From an uncultured Gemmatimonadota bacterium (lineage in GTDB: Bacteria > SM23-81): a stretch of 51,166 nt of DNA. The position numbers were made by a program, and so were the translations under genes. The notes beneath the pieces are model-generated. The model was not told where the DNA came from. It ran no database searches and worked only from the letters and a program-made list of their open reading frames with translations. This document shows, in pieces, positions 47,483 through 51,166 of the stretch. The stretch is from positions 1-51,166 of the forward strand of contig CAZOYL010000003.1 of NCBI GenBank assembly GCA_964584035.1, in the 5' to 3' direction. Within the stretch, counting starts at the first letter, position 1, and each line of letters begins with the position of its first letter.

Positions 47483-48211
47483 CTAATTGAGATAGATATT
47501 CTCAACCAGGGTTCCCTTGGCCAGCATAACCCCCTGTTCGACAATATTACGTAATTCTCTCACGTTCCCAGGCCAATCATGCATGAGGAATTGGGTCCGT
47601 GCTTCCTGAGAAAAACCCCTTATCAATTTTCCATATTTCACTTTAAATTCTTGAAGGAAAAGATCCGCAAGTGGCAAGATCTCCTCTCTCCGCTCCCTCA
47701 GGGGTGGAATCTCGATATGAATAACATCCAAACGATAGGCCAACCTTTGTTGCAATTTTCCATTAGCTTCCAGATTCGTATCTGCCGCGTAGGCACATAT
47801 CAGCCTTGGCCTAGCGTTGCACTCTGAATTGCCTAAAAGGCTTAAAAAATGTTGCTCCTCTAATAACTCCAGAAGTTGCAACTGATGCTTCAGATCAACT
47901 TCCTCCAGGGATTTCAAAAATACGGTCATTGGAGCATCCACTGCATGTTCACAAACACTCTGCTGAAAAAGTTCCCTGATCTTAGGAAAATCCATCTCTG
48001 TATCGTGACAGTGATACACTCGAAAATTTCTCTCCTCCGGATCCCGTAAACGATGAATCTTTCGTGCCAAGTGTTCCTTACCAACTCCGTTCTCACCCAC
48101 GATAAGCACATTCGCGTTTACGGTGCTGGCTCGTTCAGCCAATCTGTAGATACCAACCATCCCCGATCTCGAACAGGCAACATTCAGAGCGATATTATAC
48201 ACTCTGCTCAA
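47483..48211 (-). CDS. Stand-alone degenerate sigma-54-activator-like AAA+ domain protein (no REC, GAFTGA, Walker B DE or HTH seen)
   Basis: GENGVGKE Walker A, PPLRERREEILPLADLFL and WPGNVRELRN are retained. Where the neighbour has GAFTGA…IFLDEI, this protein reads ELFQQSVCEHAVDAPMTVFLKSLEEV. It ends 21 aa after sensor II. The start is uncertain (TTG 48211 or GTG 48202). It could be a decaying gene remnant. Confidence 0.7.
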   Translation of the reverse strand: MSRVYNIALNVACSRSGMVGIYRLAERASTVNANVLIVGENGVGKEHLARKIHRLRDPEERNFRVYHCHDTEMDFPKIRELFQQSVCEHAVDAPMTVFLKSLEEVDLKHQLQLLELLEEQHFLSLLGNSECNARPRLICAYAADTNLEANGKLQQRLAYRLDVIHIEIPPLRERREEILPLADLFLQEFKVKYGKLIRGFSQEARTQFLMHDWPGNVRELRNIVEQGVMLAKGTLVENIYLN

Positions 48212-48241
48212 CTCCCATTTCAGCTATATGGAGCGACAAAC

Positions 48242-48493
48242 TCAGAGAAGCCCGCCAAGCACGATGATGGCCAGCTCGATATTGGATAACGTGAGAGCTG
48301 CCTGAGCGCCTGGTTGAGAATCCGCTGGCGCTCCAATGTGAACTTTTTGATCATTTGCACCAACAGGTTCCGGATCACCCATGGGACCGGCCCAAAGAAT
48401 CGAATTCCACAACAGGAAGAGAACGAGGCTCAACAGTAATACCGGCTTCAGATATTTCCCGCATCCGTTCTGTCCAGAAATCGCTTCCACCAT
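48242..48493 (-). CDS. Small (83 aa) predicted membrane protein
   Basis: Start at ATG 48493 behind AAAGGGGGTG. Hydrophobic segment PVLLLSLVLFLLWNSILWA and hydrophobic C-terminus IELAIIVLGGLL. It is the first gene behind a sigma-54 promoter. No family recognised. Confidence 0.5.
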   Translation of the reverse strand: MVEAISGQNGCGKYLKPVLLLSLVLFLLWNSILWAGPMGDPEPVGANDQKVHIGAPADSQPGAQAALTLSNIELAIIVLGGLL

Positions 48494-48549
48494 CTTGAGC
48501 ACCCCCTTTCGCGTTACAGGCTGAGTTTCCATCGGTGCTCATTAGTATT

Positions 48550-48566
48550 GGCAAATACTATGCCAA
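48550..48566 (-). promoter_or_regulatory. Sigma-54 promoter (-24 TTGGCAT / -12 TTGCC)
   Basis: The minus strand reads TTGGCATagtatTTGCC with canonical spacing. It follows a terminator directly and lies about 55 nt upstream of ATG 48493. Confidence 0.6.
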
Positions 48567-48571
48567 GGGAT

Positions 48572-48603
48572 AAAAAAACCGTTAGGTAAAACCTAACGGT
48601 TTG
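48572..48603 (-). terminator. Rho-independent terminator
   Basis: The minus strand reads CCGTTAGGTtttACCTAACGG followed by TTTTTTT: a 9-bp perfect stem and 3-nt loop. Confidence 0.75.
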
Positions 48604-48912
48604 ATAAATAAATAGTTATAATATTTAATGCTCTTCGTGCCGGTGAGCCTCAGAAAAAAAGTGGGGCATTTCACCACCGATATCTGCGAAATGACCCACC
48701 TATAAAAAACAGAATTCCTGTGATATCTCTTTAACTGTACAATACACAGTATATTAGATATTCGCTGCTTTTACCGACTCTAAACGCCAAGACATTCTCA
48801 AATCCAACATAATAGTTTATATTACAATAAGTTAGAAAGTCGCAGATTTTAAAATTCTGTCCAGTCTTTCCGCCTTGTGGTCCAATAGAACTGTGATATC
48901 AGATCGATCACC

Positions 48913-49524
48913 TCATGCCCGCCCGATCTCCTCCCAGTTATCCAAATCGATATCTTCTGTATCAGAAGGCTTGAGCCTCCCCAGTTTACGGTCCAGCCAC
49001 CACATCGGAAGATCAATATTGAAGTAGACTTCGATAATCTTTCCGGTGTGGGGATGAAGACACTCAAACACATCATATTGATGATCATCATGTTCTCGCA
49101 GGGATTGCATGATCGATTCAAGACTCAGCACTCTCAGGAGAGCAAATTCCTCCTGTGTGGAAATAACCACGAAAGCGTTTTCGAATTTCGTACCGTCCCC
49201 GGAACGCATGATGGAATCGAGAAGACCTGTGGCAAACTTCATATGAAACGCTTCTTTATTTTCCGCTTGAAGATTTTCATACACATCGACAGCCAGCATA
49301 TGAGCATGAATATCCAGATAACAGGCTTGAAGAAGACGTTTCAAGGCATTCAGGGCGGAAGAGAAGTTTTTTACATCCATCGCCTGACGGAGGATGCTGT
49401 GAGCCTCTGAGTCGAACCGAAAGGGATCATAATCCGGAGACTGCGCATAAGCCATACGCAAAACGGTATAATCGATCTTGTCCGGATCTCTTTTGGTGTT
49501 TTCTAATAGTTGCTGATAGGTCAT
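48913..49524 (-). CDS. Hypothetical cytoplasmic protein
   Basis: 203-aa ORF with no signal peptide. The segment IDYTVLRMAYAQSPDYDPF reminds me of DUF4919-type proteins, but this is unverified. Confidence 0.5.
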   Translation of the reverse strand: MTYQQLLENTKRDPDKIDYTVLRMAYAQSPDYDPFRFDSEAHSILRQAMDVKNFSSALNALKRLLQACYLDIHAHMLAVDVYENLQAENKEAFHMKFATGLLDSIMRSGDGTKFENAFVVISTQEEFALLRVLSLESIMQSLREHDDHQYDVFECLHPHTGKIIEVYFNIDLPMWWLDRKLGRLKPSDTEDIDLDNWEEIGRA

Positions 49525-49571
49525 AATGAGTACTTCATTTCATAGAGTATCCCTGATCGTAATATTTTAGA

Positions 49572-50189
49572 CTATTCTTCATCCCGTGCTTTGTTCCTCT
49601 CATCTTGAATCTGTTGAACACGATGATGGCATTTCCGGATCAGATGACTCCATTCCTTGGGCTCCTGTTTCCAAAATCCACCACCCCAGCTCGAAGCATG
49701 AAGATACCATTCATCCGAAATCGCGAAATATCGGCAGAAGACATAGTGGACGATCACTTGATCATCATCTGCCGGAAAAACATCATCTCCAGCCGTTGAG
49801 AATATGGCCGCCTCAACGCGCAAACCATCAACCTCAGGCGCTAATCTGATAATCTCTTTAGCGGTCTTTTCCCACCGGTAGATCATCACCTCGTCGGCAG
49901 CCAAGCCTGTTTCTTCCCGATACTTTTCTGACAACCAATCGATGAAATCGGCCTGTGTTGGCATCCGATCCGAGCAGGTCGTCACCATAAAGATCAACAA
50001 ACATAAGAAGATGCCAATCCACGGGTGTAGTCGTGTCGAATCGATCTTCTGACAATGATCCGGTCCATCCCCACAGGTATCCACTGGGGACATGACATTC
50101 TGTATGCCACTTGCCGATGTGCTTTCAGCCGTCACTTTCATAGTATCACAAACGTTTTCTCTTGTCAAGAAATATGTTACTTTCATCAA
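49572..50189 (-). CDS. Hypothetical protein with one N-terminal hydrophobic segment (possible signal anchor or lipoprotein)
   Basis: 205-aa ORF. WIGIFLCLLIFMVTTCSD could be a signal peptide with a weak lipobox. The start codon is ambiguous (50189, 50141 or 50093). No family recognised. Confidence 0.45.
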   Translation of the reverse strand: MMKVTYFLTRENVCDTMKVTAESTSASGIQNVMSPVDTCGDGPDHCQKIDSTRLHPWIGIFLCLLIFMVTTCSDRMPTQADFIDWLSEKYREETGLAADEVMIYRWEKTAKEIIRLAPEVDGLRVEAAIFSTAGDDVFPADDDQVIVHYVFCRYFAISDEWYLHASSWGGGFWKQEPKEWSHLIRKCHHRVQQIQDERNKARDEE

Positions 50190-50228
50190 GAATTTCTATC
50201 TCATGTACGCTGGATACTGATACCAATA

Positions 50229-50244
50229 CACAATATACGTGCCA
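50229..50244 (-). promoter_or_regulatory. Weaker candidate sigma-54 promoter (TGGCACG-N4-TTGT)
   Basis: The minus strand reads TGGCACGtataTTGTG. The -24 element is perfect and the spacing correct, but the -12 is GT instead of GC. It lies about 40 nt upstream of the first ATG of ORF 49572..50189. Confidence 0.3.
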
Positions 50245-50298
50245 ATGCCATGAATAACCGCGCGGTCTCTGCTCTTGTCAGCTTCTCAACTATCAGGA

Positions 50299-50976
50299 TC
50301 ATCTCACCCTGGTCAGATAATCTGCGGCCTGTTTAATATGCTGACTGTTGGAAACCAGAAAGACGGTATCTCCTTCTTGAAGAATATTGGCTCCCCTTGG
50401 AATCTGGAAGGTCTCCTTGTCCTCATCATAGTTTCCGACGAAGACGCATTGCTCAGGAAAACCTTTGCTCTGGGCAATATCTTTTACCGACATACCGATA
50501 GCCCTTGCCTCTCTCGGGATCTTCACGGCATAGATATCAGCTTTGCCCCCGCCAAGCGTTACGATTTTACGAATCCTGGGCTGCTCAATCTCCATCATCA
50601 GCTCATTCACCAGCAGATCGGCCATCTTTATGATCGAAGTAACCCCTGCCAATTTATAAGCTTCTTCATATGGCGGATTTCTTAACCGAGCCAGCACCCG
50701 AGGAACGCCCAGACTTCTTGCCACCAGCGCAGAGGCGATGTTATCGGCGGGATTATGCATCAGACAGACCAATACATCGGCTCTCGCGGCGCCGGCTCGC
50801 TCCTGAACGTGAATATCAGTGGCGTCGCCATTGATCGTCAATGCTCCGGTTTCCGTATAGACGGTTTCGCACACTTCCGGATCTTTATCAACGGCCACAA
50901 CATCATGCTTATTTTCCACCAACATTTTAATGATCTCTTGGCCGATGATTCCTGCGCCGGCTATAATCACATACAT
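50299..50976 (-). CDS. trkA: Trk/Ktr potassium uptake system NAD-binding subunit (RCK N+C domains)
   Basis: MYVIIAGAGIIGQEI Rossmann N-terminus and a C-terminal TrkA-C-like segment (…ILQEGDTVFLV…). Confidence 0.85.
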   Translation of the reverse strand: MYVIIAGAGIIGQEIIKMLVENKHDVVAVDKDPEVCETVYTETGALTINGDATDIHVQERAGAARADVLVCLMHNPADNIASALVARSLGVPRVLARLRNPPYEEAYKLAGVTSIIKMADLLVNELMMEIEQPRIRKIVTLGGGKADIYAVKIPREARAIGMSVKDIAQSKGFPEQCVFVGNYDEDKETFQIPRGANILQEGDTVFLVSNSQHIKQAADYLTRVR

Positions 50977-51001
50977 GTCCCTTCGCTCCTTTTTGTCTTG
51001 A

Positions 51002-51166
51002 TCAACTTTTCCAGGCTTTTCTGCTAAATAATAGCAAAACCGGCAGGATCTCTAATCGCCCAGCCAGCATCCCAAATATGTAGACTATTTTAATACCGGG
51101 ATGGAGTGATCCCATCTCAGCAACGGGAATGTAGCAGGGACCGATGTTGCCCAATGCGCTGAACAT
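51002..51166 (-). CDS. trkH: TrkH/KtrB-family potassium transporter, C-terminal 54 codons (partial, runs off the window)
   Basis: My reverse-strand translation …FSALGNIGPCYIPVAEMGSLHPGIKIVYIFGMLAGRLEILPVLLLFSRKAWKS* matches the usual TrkH C-terminus (GRLEI…). It lies directly upstream of trkA. Confidence 0.7.
   Translation of the reverse strand: MFSALGNIGPCYIPVAEMGSLHPGIKIVYIFGMLAGRLEILPVLLLFSRKAWKS

Noticed and set aside
48849-49121. A 90-aa minus-strand ORF overlapping the 3' end of ORF 48913..49524.
   Set aside because: It is out of frame with the longer, better-supported ORF, has no RBS, and has an implausible composition.
89-51027. Numerous long ORFs on the plus strand or in alternative minus-strand frames, overlapping the annotated genes. 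Examples: 450..1349 +, 3665..4885 +, 6694..7680 +, 8629..9471 +, 13142..14101 +, 17518..18435 +, 43222..44046 +.
   Set aside because: They lie antisense to, or out of frame with, genes that carry clear family motifs. They have Arg/Pro/Gly-rich low-complexity translations typical of high-GC shadow frames. They have no RBS and no recognisable motifs.
1-51166. A search by eye for CRISPR arrays, rRNA/tRNA genes, IS elements, integrases and island-flanking direct repeats.
   Set aside because: No regularly spaced direct repeats, no tRNA-like cloverleaf candidates in intergenic gaps, and no transposase or integrase-like ORFs were seen. Absence cannot be proven without tRNAscan, Infernal or ISfinder-type searches.

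Overview
This is a 51.2 kb fragment from a high-GC bacterium. Lines I counted by hand gave about 57-62% GC. The cell envelope looks diderm, and the gene content resembles an FCB-superphylum-like, probably uncultivated lineage; that taxonomic placement is inference only. Every gene except rpmB is on the minus strand.

Genes in coordinate order:
- A type IX secretion sortase module: porU, porV and a second, edge-truncated porV paralog.
- A DUF1844 protein, a geranylgeranyl-reductase-family flavoprotein, an unplaced protein, recG and a divergent rpmB.
- A complete dcw cluster: mraZ-rsmH-ftsL-ftsI-murE-murF-mraY-murD-ftsW-murG-murC-murB-ftsQ-ftsA-ftsZ. A TIGR03960-like radical SAM gene is appended after ftsZ. 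Upstream of mraZ there is a clear promoter and a three-box MraZ operator.
- A glycan/EPS cluster: two GT2, two GT-B, a Wzx-like flippase and a FemAB-like acyltransferase, plus a T9SS-sorted double beta-propeller protein.
- lnt, apgM and an atypical ssb.

From about 42.5 to 50.3 kb the composition drops sharply, to about 32-47% GC in sampled lines. This island holds what looks like a self-contained sensory circuit:
- An HD-GYP phosphodiesterase and a histidine kinase share a paralogous polytopic membrane domain, followed by an NtrC-type sigma-54 activator.
- There are two TGGCAT-N5-TTGCC sigma-54 promoter matches and one weaker match.
- There is a stand-alone sigma-54-activator-like AAA+ protein in which I cannot find GAFTGA, a Walker B DE pair, a receiver domain or an HTH.
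- There are two tiny membrane-protein ORFs and two proteins of unknown function.

The window ends with trkA and the 3' end of trkH. I recognised no rRNA, tRNA, CRISPR array, transposase or integrase. Nothing here has been checked by database search; all family calls rest on motifs read by eye.
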